DNA of 64,000 nucleotides from Camelus dromedarius (GCF_036321535.1 NC_087437.1:81594001-81658000); one strand, 5' to 3'; positions 40,001 to 51,887 are shown, counted from the stretch's first letter. Notes: a model not told the origin generated them from the sequence alone. Numbers and translations are program-made.

Positions 40001-43000
40001 CACTACAACAATTCTAAAGAGGGTCTTTCTGTTTGAATGCAACAATAACAGACAGAACTAAGCTCTTCAGGAAGAAAAGAAAAATATCTGAAATGGTAAA
40101 TATTTGGGTAAACATAAAATATTTCTCTCAATTTAAAATACACATGACTACTTAAATTAAAAATTAGTGTTTTGTGGGATGTATAATGTATATAAATGCA
40201 ATATGTATGCTAACCATAGCATAAAGAATGGGCCTATATGATTGCAAGTTTCTTAAATTTCACATGAAGTAGTGTAATCTTCACTCTAAGTAGACTGCAA
40301 CAAGGTAAGTGTGCATATTGTAATCCCCAAGCCAACAAATTAAAAAAAAAAAAAAGCAAACTAATACTCTATCCAAAAGAATGCTGAAAAGAGGAACAAA
40401 GCAAAAAAATAATTAAATGCCTATATGCTTAAAATCCAATCATATCAATAATTACATTAAATATAAATAGAGTAACCACTCCAATTAAAAGGCAGAGATT
40501 GTCAGAATGAATAAAACTTCAAAACCCAGCTATATGCTGTCTGCAAGAGAATCATTTTAAATATAAAGACACATATAGACTGAAAACAAAAGATTAGAAA
40601 AAGATATATCATACGAACAGTAAGTATACGAAGCCTAGAGTGGCTACAGTAATATCAGAGATAAACTTCAAGACAGAGTACTACAAGAAAAAAAAAAAGA
40701 CATATCATAATGATAAAAGGACCAATTTACCAAGAAGACTTAACAATCCTAAATGTATATGCGTGTACTACTACGGCAAAGATGTCAACTCTCCAAAGTG
40801 ATCACTGTATGTTCAGTACCATCCTAATCAAGATCCCTACAGGTTTTTCCTTACCTGAAACTAACAGGCTGAGTCTACAATTTATATCAAAATGATAACA
40901 GCCAAGAACAGCCACCTGTGCCAACTAGTCAAATGCCTGATGTGTATACAATATGATGAGAGGGACTGGGGGCTTCAGAGCAAATTCTCCAAAGGCAATG
41001 AGACTTGCCACCGTCTCTACTTACCTTTCTGTGCTTTACCAGTAAAGTTCCATCAGGCCCAAACACTGCACAGGTGTTATATAATCTCCCGGCATCCTCC
41101 TCCGGGATGGAACCTTTCATTGAGAGCAGAACACACAGGCATAGGAAATATTCTGAGTAAAGCACTGTGATGATAACAGCAAGAAAGCTCAATAAAGTTT
41201 ACTATCTTCTTGGGTCCAACAATAAAGAATATTATCTTCTAATATTCCACTTAATTGTGGGTTTTTTTCTTCTGGAATATGATTTTTCACAGATAAACTT
41301 CAGAGTGCAGATGAAATGCAGTTAGGTCAGATGCCAAAGACAGGTTTCAAAAATAACCACAACGTTTCTGAATTCACATTTGATCTTGAGCAATACTTAA
41401 TCTGGAGCATTGGCACAACATGAGAATTCGCTGTTGCTCAACTTAAATTCACCAGGTCCTGCCACATAAGTGTATCCAAAGAGGCCTTGAAGTAGGAATA
41501 TAACCCAGTCTCTCCATCACTGAATATGGGCCTGCAGTTCTATCTCTTCTTGCTTTGCCTTCTTTTCTCCAACTTTTATTCATTTCTAATTCTTACTGTG
41601 TCATAATACAGAAATAATTGTTTGCTATATTTTTATTAAATCATTTTATTGTATTGATTTTTTATTTAAATAAATAGAACATTTTTTATTTAAGCAAAAC
41701 CACATAAATAAAGCTACTTTTTAAAACTGAAGTATAATTGATTTGCATATTATATTAGTTTCAGATGTACAACATAGTGATTCAATAATTTTTATAGACT
41801 GTACTCCATTTAAAGTTATTACAAAATAATGGCGCCATATTCCTCTATGTTGTACAATATATTCTTGTTGCTTATTTACTTTATGCATAAGATTTTGCAT
41901 CTTCTAATCCCCATCCCTGTCTTGTCCCTCCCCCTTCCCTCTCCCCACTGATAATGCTAGTTTGTTCTCTGTATCTATGAGTCTGTTTGTCACATACATT
42001 CCTTTGTTTTCAATTTTTTAGATTCCACGTGTAAGTGATAGCATACAGTATATCTTTCTCTGACTTATTCCACCAAGAGTTAATACTCTAAGCTACCTTA
42101 GATGTATGTGGTCTCTTTATGGGGAAAAAAAAATATTCTTAACACCATATTAATGAAAGACATTCAGATATGGCTTTTCTTTCCACGTCTCCACCTACCC
42201 CTGCACTCCCAACTCCTTCTCCAGGAAATCATCATTATCAGTTTGTTGTGTGTCTTTCTACAATATTTACTATGTCTTACATGCATCATTACATACAAAA
42301 ATATATAATCTTGTTTTATGTGGAGCATTAACCTGTATAGGAGTACCTGTTTGTTTCATATTAAACCTGCTCTTTTTCCACGTAACAGTGTATCTTGAAG
42401 ATCTTTCCACATTACTACATAAAGATCTACTTTATTGTTTTTAATGGCTAATTTGTATTCCATGACTTGAATGTAACAACAGAAGTTATTCAGATGTTTT
42501 TAACCCTTAGGCCATTATACCTTGAGGGTAGGAAGTTACCTCCAATGACAAACACGCTGCACTCCTTTGCTACTTCAGAAAGCTTCTGTGTGGAGTCACC
42601 AGGAATTTTCTCTGCATATTCAGGAAAATATTTTGTGCCGTATGGAGAATTAAAGCATTCCTAGAATAACAGTGGCAGAGAAAAAGGGGGAAAAAACACC
42701 ATAACATCCAACTCATTTTAAAGTTCTGCTGTAAAAAGACACAGCTCTCAAAGAGGTGAAACACAGCATCTGACACCTTGGGGCTAAAGAGACCGCGGCC
42801 ACAGACAGGACTCAGTCGTGGTCCGGGGCCGGAGGAGACAGGTCAGCGTCCCCCAGACCCGGTCACCCCGGCAGAGGCCGGACCTGCCCCTCCCTCACAT
42901 CCTAGGGGAACTATGCGTGCCCAACCTTGGGCACCAGGACCCCAGTACCACTAGGCTTACTCAGAGGATTCTGAGTGTTAGGATGAATCTATCGTCTCAA

Positions 43001-46000
43001 AATTATACTGGTAACTATGTAAAGCAATAAAGCCTGTGTTTTTAAAAAATACAGAAGCTCTGAAAGCCACAGAGGTTAAGACGTTTCCTCATGTATAAAA
43101 AGCTGTTTCTAAGCTCCCTTCCAGCACCATCATCCTGATCCTGCAAAATCTCTCAGTTCCCCAGAATGTGTGTCTTCAACAGCTCTCTGATAAAAGAAAA
43201 GCAAAACTACTAGGTTTCGACTCTAGTTCATTCGTGTCTCATTTACTGAGATGCCTGCACACCAGGCACTACACTAGCAAACTCAAGGCCAAGGATCGCC
43301 AGCTGGTACAAAACACATGTTAGGTAGAGGGGACACATGCAGAATTCAAGTGCTTTCACTCCCGGCCTGTAGACTCCGACCCCCAGCACCTTAAACCAAC
43401 AAGAGACCGTGATCAGGGTACGTGTACAGGTGAATCCTACGACTGGAGCAACGTTAAGATCTCGAGCTCCCTTGTTAGAGTCCGACTCACTGGCCACACC
43501 TGTGACAGCATGAGCCTAAAGTACAAGGTGGCCCTGAAAATTCTCCCAGTTTGCAAAGGGCTGCCTCCTCTCCGTAGAGGGGAAGGCAGAGTGAGGCAGC
43601 GGACGGTCTGGAAGAGTTCCACCACTGACCCCAGTGGCCTCTGCCAGTAGAAGATGCCAGGAGATGCATGTCCCTGCACGTGCAGGACCTCCGCTGGGGC
43701 CGACCCTGTACCTGCTGACAAACCGACGTGGTGCCATCTTCAGCTGATTCTGTTCTAAAAGAAATCACCTGGGAAACAGAGGCTGCGTCCTACTGGCTCA
43801 CTACAGGCTACCACATTTTGGAAGATACCACAGGCTTCCTGTATGTATCTAACAATATTCAGTTTTCAATAAATTTTTTTTATAATGTTGGCGGTTTAGT
43901 GGTAAAATCAATAGTCCTGGTCCTGCAAAGACTTAATTACACAAGGAAAGAAGGTTAAGTATCCGAGGCCCTGAGGTAAGTCCCTCAACCTACCAGGTTT
44001 CTGAACCCAGTCAAGTTAGACCCATAACCATGCTGGCACATCCTGTCACAAAGACCCTCACTAGGGTCATCTTCCAGACAAACATGGAACAATCCTAGGG
44101 CCCCAAAGGACCTTGCTGGACCCCGGAAACAGGAGGACAAGCAGATCTAGCAGACAGTATTCTGCTGGGACAACAGTTCCCAGAAAAGGGTGGCTGCTCC
44201 CATACTTACTGGCAGAGAAACTATCTTGGCTCCTTGCTTTGCTGCCTCCCGGATAAGGCCACAAGCTCGAGTGAGGTTATCCGATTTGATGGGAGAAACG
44301 TGAAGCTGGATGAGGGCCAAGCGGAAAGCTGAGGATGAGGATAAAGAAAACAGCTGTCAGAAGATCTGATGCTGAATCAGACAGAGTAGCACTTCTCCAC
44401 AGAGGGCAGGTGATGTCTGGAGACACTGTTGATGGTCATGGCAGGTAGGGTGCGACTGGCATCGAACGGGGAGGGGTCAGGGACACTGCCAGACATGCCA
44501 CAGTGCACGTCCCTCACAACAGTTATCCAGCCAAAATGTCAGTGACACGGAGGCCGAGGAGCCCTGAGACAGAGCAACGTCCGGGGGCAGAGCCCAGTCC
44601 AGGCACGAGAATCAGAAGTCGGCAGGGGCAGCTTCTCCCTTACAAATGAGAACGTGGCTGGAAGAAAGAAGACTGGGTTTGAATAGGGGGCTGCCCCTCA
44701 CTATTTGATCTTAGGCCTCCAGTCTTCCCCCAATCCAGGTGCTGAGCGCGTCCCAGCGCAGAAGGCGAAACCCCTTCGGAAGTCTCACCCCGCCATGAGT
44801 TGAGTTGGGGCAGCAGGCCCATGGGAAGGGGAGATGCCTGTCTCAACTCCCCATCACTGGCGGGGACACGGGGCATCAGTCCAGCTGCTGGCGAATGGGG
44901 TGCCTGGCAGCCAGTGGGCTGCACGTGTGCCCAGTCGGGGGCAGGGCTCCTGGGCACCGGTGAGGGTCTGTACTCACCCCATAAATACTCCCGTGCCCAA
45001 AGCGCATAACATTAAGGAGCAAATAAAGAAACACAGGAGAGGTGGAAAAGACACTGCAGAAGGAAGAGCCAACAGCACTTTCTCCTGCTGTCTGAACATT
45101 GTCATTGGAGACGGTACCACAAATTATGCAGCCAGCCTTGCCAACAAGATCTGCTGCCGGCCTCGTGAGAAGGTCAGGGGCTCCTCCTTGAGGTAGTGGC
45201 CACACCCTACGTGTGCTTTTCCTGTATTCTTCGGAGTTCTCTTTTTAGGTCTTTTAGTAATCACCTTTACTGGTCAATCATATTTTATATAAAACTTTTC
45301 CTATTCAAGTGGTTTGTTTCTGAGTCCTGCCTGGACGCTGACTGACACACAGTTTTTGCCCACAGTCTGACAAAAGGCTACATTAAAGGATCCAAAGCAC
45401 GTTGTAACCCACAAAATTCTGCAAAACTCCAGGAATTATTAGTAATGGCCGGCCCTGGCTTCCCCACCCCACCTCTGCTCTGGAGTCTGAAGTCCCACCA
45501 TCGGTGAGTTCTCTTCTCTGGGTGTTTCCTGTCACAATAAAAATGTCCCAAGCGAGGCAGCACTGACAGACCCTGGCCTTTGAAGAAGGTCTGGCTCAGG
45601 GTTAACCCTAAAAGTAGGAAAACATAGATGTTCCATTCCTCAGTTTCTCCTAAATATACTGAGAAGAACTAAGTTTAACCCTGAATGCAGCTTGTCAAAT
45701 AGTTTCCAAATCTGGATGAAAACCAAACAGGAAACAAAGGCTGGGGTTACTCTGGGGCACAGAGACAGCCTGAGCTGTCACCAGAATGTCACACAGACCC
45801 ACTGAAGGTCTCCACTGTAACTCAGAAACCGGGCTTTGTCTCTGCTTCTAAAGGGAGGGAAAGACGAAGTCCACCACAGCTATGCCGATGGCCTCCACTG
45901 TCCCCCATCCTACCCAGAAAGGCTGCTGTCCTGAACCAGGCTTGACTGCCTGACATTCTGCAAAGCACCCACTCCAGAGGGGCCAAGGCAGGGAAATTCC

Positions 46001-47634
46001 ACCACTGGGGAGTTCCTCGATGCTGAGGACGAGATAACCAGTCATTCAGCTCCTCAGCTGTAAAATGAAAATACAATGACTTTTCAGGTCCCTGGCTGCC
46101 CTAATATTCATTGTAATCTAACAATCAAGGACTTACCAAGGGGAAAAAAAAGGACAGACTATCTTCAGTGAAGGGACCAACATAAAAACAGCATAAGGAA
46201 TGTGCAGGTCCTTTACATATATAAGCATCTGTAAGGTAGTGTAAACAGTACTCTGCAGATGAGGAAAAAGAAGCTTGCAGGGGGAAAGCTGTATGAGGCC
46301 AGTTAACAAAGTAAGCGGTACAGCAACAATCAAGCCAAAATCTGGACTGCGGACAGAACAGCCACCGTTTGTTTTTGGGTAGGTGGGGGAAGGTTATGTC
46401 ATTTAAAAACACTCCTCAAGGGAGTCAGATCAACATCACCCTAAACTACATCAAGAACCACAGCTCTCAAGTCTATCAGCATCTCCTGAAAGATACAGCA
46501 CATTCAGAGGGAGGACTGTAAAAGGACTTCTATACCCAGATCCTGAAGGTTCATCCAGCAACCAACTTGCCCTGTGCTCCAGGAGGCTGAAATGGAAAAC
46601 AGCACTTCCACACACCTTAGCACCTCCAGGGAACTTCATTAGACCTTGGAAGGTGTTCATTTTACAGGAGAGGAAACTGAGGTCCAGAGAGATTAAATGA
46701 CTTGTTGACATGGGCTGAGCCAAAACTGTAATAATCCAGGTTTCCAGACTTTGAGTCCAGAGCACTCCACTGCCTCATGTAAAAGAATCCGGGCAAAGGC
46801 CTGGAAACAAACACAGCTAGAAACTCGTCCCTAGGGCTGATCCAGAATGGAGGAGCATAAGTAACATGTAATACCTAACCTGAAAGCTCAAGGTCCTGAT
46901 GGAGACAAAACTTGCCCAGCTTTTTGTTCAGGAGAAGAGGGCATTCTCCAATGAGTGTGAGGGGGGTGCACTGTGGAGTAAATTAACCAGTCCTCTTACC
47001 ACACAAGCCCAAATCAAAGAAAACAGTGCTTAATTTTCACATGACAGGTCTCAAACCACAATCAGGGTGGATGCCTTTGCAAAACCCAAGTTCAAAAACC
47101 AATCTAAAACCTAACAACAATCTCCAAGAATCTCACAGGGCAGACTCTCACACTTAGGAAAAAATGATAATTACTCAGTGCATAGTCTTCGGGTGGTGGT
47201 AGGGGACTGGCGGTAGGGAACAGGGAAGACAACAGGAAGAGTGTATTATTTGCATTTGAATTCCCATGCAGGTGGATTAGGAACAGGTGGGCCCAGAACT
47301 CATCTGGAGTCATTGCCTGACGTCACACGAGCCCAGTGGGGAGCAACGCGAAGGCCCTTCCGGCACGCAGGCCCGATGCTCCCGCGGCCCCGTCGGCCCG
47401 CCCGGAAGCCCGGGATCCCCGGGAGTGCGCCCGGCTGCGCTCCGCGGCCTCCTCCCGGCTGCCTCGCCCGCGCCCTCCACCCTCGCCGCTCGGGCCTCCA
47501 GCCCCAGGGACACCAGGTCAGGGAAGGCCACGGGACGGAGGCGAGGGGCCGAACCGACGTGACCGTCCTTCGGCGCCGCGCCTGAAGCCACCCCTCCGGC
47601 CCGAGCTCGAGCTGCCACGCTACTTACTGGCCAT
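30947..47634 (-). CDS. NIT2: NIT2 omega-amidase (nitrilase family member 2), complete spliced CDS, 10 exons, 276 aa
   Basis: Exons of 7+119+121+89+94+75+79+99+56+92 = 831 nt; [11 protein letters not shown]...[11 protein letters not shown]...[13 protein letters not shown]...[10 protein letters not shown]...[12 protein letters not shown]; nitrilase triad E43, K112, C153 intact. Confidence 0.98.
31382..31437 (-). CDS. NIT2: NIT2 exon 9
   Basis: tttcag|G...G|gtaaga; [18 protein letters not shown]. Confidence 0.96.
33648..33746 (-). CDS. NIT2: NIT2 exon 8
   Basis: ctacag|T...TG|gtgagt; [33 protein letters not shown]. Confidence 0.96.
33960..34169. mobile_element. MER20-like MITE in NIT2 intron 7
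   Basis: CAGGGGACACTTG...GTCTGGAG...TAGTGGGTAGAGGCCAGGG...CAGGACAGCCCCCAC...GAATTATC...CAAAATGTC. Confidence 0.85.
35506..35584 (-). CDS. NIT2: NIT2 exon 7
   Basis: cccaag|GC...CG|gtaaga; [27 protein letters not shown]. Confidence 0.96.
36671..36745 (-). CDS. NIT2: NIT2 exon 6 (catalytic Cys)
   Basis: aaacag|CT...G|gtgagg; [25 protein letters not shown]. Confidence 0.96.
37261..37354 (-). CDS. NIT2: NIT2 exon 5
   Basis: ctgcag|CTC...C|gtacgt; [31 protein letters not shown]. Confidence 0.96.
37690..40885 (+). mobile_element. Composite old L1 block in NIT2 intron 4 (ORF2 remnant interrupted by an L1 5'UTR/ORF1/EN segment at about 38520-40765)
   Basis: L1 ORF2 motifs at 37.8-38.5 kb and 40.77-40.88 kb; EN motif [18 protein letters not shown] at 40710; ORF1-like sequence at 39.2-40.0 kb. 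Confidence 0.8.
41025..41113 (-). CDS. NIT2: NIT2 exon 4
   Basis: tgaaag|GT...AAG|gtaagt; [30 protein letters not shown]. Confidence 0.96.
41718..42089 (-). mobile_element. L1 3' end with probable TSD AAGCTAC
   Basis: AAGCTAC at 41711 and 42090; TTTCAGATGTACAACATAGTGATTCA L1 3'UTR motif. Confidence 0.8.
42540..42660 (-). CDS. NIT2: NIT2 exon 3
   Basis: ttctag|GAA...G|gtaact; [40 protein letters not shown]. Confidence 0.96.
44210..44328 (-). CDS. NIT2: NIT2 exon 2
   Basis: cctcag|CT...CCA|gtaagt; [40 protein letters not shown]. Confidence 0.96.
44385..44567. mobile_element. MER20-like MITE near the NIT2 exon 2 acceptor
   Basis: ATGTCTGGAGACA...ACTGGCATC...TTATCCAGCCAAAATGTCA...GAGCCCTG. 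Confidence 0.7.
44800..45350 (+). mobile_element. Probable ERVL-type LTR remnant
   Basis: Ends TAAAACTTTTCCTATTCAA...CCTGCCTGGACGCTGACTGACACA, typical of an ERVL LTR 3' terminus; left boundary uncertain. Confidence 0.45.
47318..47325. promoter_or_regulatory. Full palindromic CRE (TGACGTCA) in NIT2 intron 1, at the CpG island edge
   Basis: Exact CREB/ATF consensus about 300 bp downstream of the ATG; function untested. Confidence 0.45.
47628..47634 (-). CDS. NIT2: NIT2 exon 1 coding part
   Basis: gagccATGGCCA|gtaagt, strong Kozak context, inside CpG island. Confidence 0.92.
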
Positions 47635-47719
47635 GGCTCTGCCGGGAAGGCGCATGGATGGGCCCAGAGGCTGAGCGAACGTCTTCCGCCCAACAGCCGC
47701 GGCGCCGCGCGGGACGGGA

Positions 47720-47807
47720 CAAAGCCGCGTCGTGGGCGGGGCAAAGCCGCGTCGTGGGCGGGGCAAAGCCGCGTCGTGGGCGGGGCAAAGCCGCGTCGTG
47801 GGCGGGG
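47720..47807. repeat. Perfect tandem repeat, 4 x 22 bp (CAAAGCCGCGTCGTGGGCGGGG), one GC box per unit
   Basis: Identical units start at 47720, 47742, 47764 and 47786. Confidence 0.97.
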
Positions 47808-49925
47808 CCACGCTCCGAGACCCCGCCCCTCCCGCCTCCGGGACCGCTGGCTCCTGGGAGAGGGTATCTTCTTTCCCGCTCGCCTCAAACACTTATTAAT
47901 GGCCCGCTGTTTGCGCTAGGATGGACCAACGGGAAACGGCTAATTACAACGCAGTCCTGAAAAAGGAATGCCTCAGAATGCAAAGGGGCAAAGAGAGGGC
48001 GACCTAAATCGAGGTAGTGTGCTGGTAAATGTTTAACAACCGGCCTCTTGGATTCTCAGCAAAAAGACTGAACCTTTTCTAGTTGGATCACCCCTGTGGC
48101 CAGGAGATGCATGCTGAAAATATTTAGGGGTGAAGTGTCAGAATGTCTCACTTGAAAATGATCAGCAAAAAGAAAATGTATGTTTATAAGCCAAATATGG
48201 CAAAATGTTAAATTATTAAATTCAGGAGGAGGACATACAGCTGTTTATGGCACTGTTTTAAGACTTTTTAAAAAAAAGTTTATATTTTAAAACTTTCATG
48301 AGAAAAACTTGGGGGGAATACATAGCATTTATGAGGAGGTTGTTTTGTTTTTTAAGTTTTAACAGATTATCTGGACCTGCCTTTGCAGCAGGAAGATCTT
48401 TAATAACCTTTTAATTTCTGTTCTGCTTATGGCCTACTAAGGTCCCTTAGTCAATACTGACAACCCATTTCATTTAGACTTGCAAGTTTACTGGCATGAA
48501 GTTGTATCCAAGAGCCATTCCAAACATGGCTGGGAAAGCTATTGGAACATCCAGGTGGAGATGCCCAGTTGGCAACTGGACATAAGACTCAAGCTCAGAT
48601 GTCTAGCCTGGAGACTGGTTTAGGAGTTGTCAGCAATTTAGACCAAGACACAGGCCTAAATGTGGATGACAACACTCAAGCGGGCTGTGAAAAGCACAGG
48701 CAGAAGAGGGGCCTGGGAAGGATCCATCCCAGAAGCAGGAGGACCAGGAGAGGCCATCAAGACCTCCGTGGGTGCTATTTTCCCTACATCACATGCTGGG
48801 AAGCTGCGGACTTGTATTCTAGAGAAGAGAAGCGTTAATAAAAACGAAAACTGGTTTTGAGGTCTCCCTTAGAACTTTTTTGGCATAAAAGAAAAGCTAG
48901 ACAGTGGGTTCCAGTTCTAGCTCTGCCACTAACTTGATGTTAATACCTAGGGCAAACCACCTCACTCTCAGGACCTTTTCATCACCTGTACTACAAAAGG
49001 ATTAGAGGCAACAGGAGAGAGGCTGGGGGACTGAGTCTGTGCTGCCTGCCCCTTGAACGCAGCAGCCCTGCCTTTGTGTTTCCATGTTCCCTTTCATCTA
49101 ACATCTGAAAAGGAGAAAAATTACTACACTAAATGGAACTCTAAAGCCCAGCTAAAAATCTGGTGTTGCCAACTATGTCTCACAGCTTTTATGACCATTT
49201 CCAGGCTGGTATTGGTCAGATTTCTATTTTTACTCCAGAGGAGCTATTCCAGCATCTACAGCTGCCTGTGAGCCATCTCTAATTACATGTCTTGACATCA
49301 GTTCAAATTCAGCTGTCTGAAACTTAAGTTTATCACCTCAGAAAGGGCTTTTCCTCCCAGCTTTCCTTTTACTCATAGGCACCACCATTTATGATGTTTC
49401 CCAAATCTCTCTGCTCTCCATCCCCTTCCACCCCACAAAAGAATCTAAGACACACCTACATCTTTCAAGTCTCTTATCCCCCACCTCTGGTTAGGGACAG
49501 GGCCCTTCTTATCCCCTGAAGTACCCCTTGATTGCTGCCTCTTATTCTGTCCCCATGACCACCATCCACAGCTGGGTCTTCCTCATTTCGTGGAGACCGC
49601 TACAGGCTACTCATTACTGGTCTCCTTTCCATCAGTATCTTATCCTCCAAGCATTTCCTCATGGTATTAGGAACTAATTAGGGTATTAGTTAGTCTGGGG
49701 GAACATGAGTTCAATTTTTGGGGTAAGGTAGATATACAAATGTCTAATAGAGAAGAGCTGAAAATCAGGGGAAAGAATTGGCGTCATCTGCACTAGAATA
49801 AGAGCAGAAATTCTAAGAATGGATGAGATCCTAGAAGAAGAATGTATAATAATACAAAAGACAGACTCAAACTTGGAAATTATACTGGGTTTAGAGCTTT
49901 GCACAGGGTGAGAGAGTCCAAGGGA

Positions 49926-49926
<1 letters not shown>

Positions 49927-49965
<39 letters not shown>
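49927..49965. repeat. (TG)19 microsatellite
   Basis: Perfect dinucleotide run about 2.2 kb upstream of the NIT2 start. Confidence 0.97.
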
Positions 49966-49969
<4 letters not shown>

Positions 49970-51887
49970 ATATGAATAACTTTCTAAATTTTTGATGCAA
50001 TTGTCTACAAATTAGACCTGAGTTCAAAACTTTGCTTCATCACCAAAAGGCCATCTGACTTTTGGGAAAGTTATTAGTAGTATAGGGATAGCAACTTAAA
50101 ATAACTATAGGAGCTAGAAAGTTACCTAGGAGTGAAGCTGGTGACTTGGAGAAAAGGTAGCAGGAAACGGAAAAAGGCCCCTAGCTCTGCTCTATGGTCT
50201 GCAGGCCAGCACACAGCAAAGAGGTCAGACATAGCGTACCAGCTGTGAACAGGAACTCTGGAGTTAGATTACCTGGTTTTAAATCCTGACTTGCTGTATG
50301 ATCATAGAAAACACTTATCTTTTTTGTGCCTCTATTTCTTCATCCATAATACGGGGATAATAACACACACAGCATAAGATTGTTGTGAGGATCACAAAAC
50401 TTTACAAGGGCTTAGAAACTACTTGGTACAGAGTAGCTTTCCCATAAATGTTATCCATTAGAAGCCAAACATCCAAATAATTAAAAAATCTCCTGATTTT
50501 TAAATGTTGCCACTTAGTTCAAATGTCAAAAATTGTGTGGGCCCCACAAAATGTCATATTCAGCCTTAAGCAGCCAGTTTGCAGCCCTGCTATTGTTTCT
50601 TTTCATTTATTCAACAAATGACCACCATTGCATGTCAGGCATTGATGTAAGCACTGGGGATACAGGGATAGAACCTTCACACTTATAAAAGTCTAAATTT
50701 CTTTACTCTGCCTCTTCACGAATTAGTTGAAAGGATTAAATAAGGAACGTGAAAAGCCTAAGAAAACAGTCATAAATGTTGGATTTTGAAGATATAATCT
50801 ATTGAATTAATATGAGCTATTAATTTTAAAAATATTTTCATCTCCATACAGTAAAACTGAACTTTCTGGTTGAGTTCTATGAGTTTCAGTACACTGTGGG
50901 TTTGTGTCACCACCACTACAATCAGGACAGAGAACAGTCCCAGCACCCTACAAATGCCCTTGTTCAGCTCCCTCATCATCAAACTCTCCTCTCACCCCTG
51001 GCAACCACTGGTCACTTCTGTCCCTGTAATTTTGCCTTTTCCAGAATGCAATGTAAGCGGAATCATAAAGCATGGACTTTGAGAGTGACTTTTGTCAAGC
51101 AGCATTCTGCCTTTGAGATTCACCCATGTTGCTGCATATATAGATAGCGCGTTCCTTTTCACTGCTAAGCAGTATGACTCCGGGTGGGTGTGCTAGTCTG
51201 TTTATCCATTAACCTACTGAAGGACATCTGGGTTGTTCCCAGCTTTTGGCAACTAGAGGGCTGCCATACACATTCGTGTCCAGGTTTTTGTGACAATATG
51301 TTTTCCTTTCTCTAGGGGAAATACTTAGGAGTGGGCTTGCTGGGTTACATGATAAATGTATGTTTAGCTTTAAAGAAATGGCCAAACTTGTCTAGTGGCG
51401 ATACCATTTTGCATTCCCATGAGCAATGTATAAATGTTCTCATTGTTCACATCCTCACCAGCACTTTGGTATTGTCAGCTTTTGTCTGTTTTCAATTTCA
51501 GTCACTCTAATCAGGTGTGTAGTGGTTTCATGATTTTGATCTGCATTTCCCTAATGGCTAATGACATTGAGTATCTTTTATGAGCTTTTTTTTTTCTGCC
51601 ATTCTTGTATCTTTCTTGAAGTACTTGTTCAAATCTTTTGTCCATTTTTTAAATTGGGTTGTTATTGTTGAGTTCTGAAAGTCTATATATTCTCAACACA
51701 ATTCTTTGTTAGATATGTTTTGCAAGAGTTTTTTTCTCTTGTCTTCCCATTCTATTAACAGTCCTTTGAGAGCAAAATGTTTTAATTTTGATATGTCAGA
51801 TTTATTAAATTTTTTACAGATTACACTTTTTGTATCATATCTATAGAATCTTGGTCTAACCTAAGGTCATGAAAATTTTCATTAGGC

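Larger units (their letters stand above)
47310..47910 (-). promoter_or_regulatory. CpG island / promoter of NIT2
   Basis: Very GC- and CpG-dense stretch spanning NIT2 exon 1, with multiple GGGCGG boxes. Confidence 0.9.

Noticed and set aside
47720..47807. CRISPR-like appearance of identical repeats
   Set aside because: No spacers, eukaryotic context; it is a head-to-tail minisatellite.
47241..47960. Several overlapping 90-192 aa ORFs on both strands
   Set aside because: They reflect stop-codon scarcity in the CpG island and translation of the 22-bp repeat in rotating frames; only the NIT2 exon 1 codons are supported.
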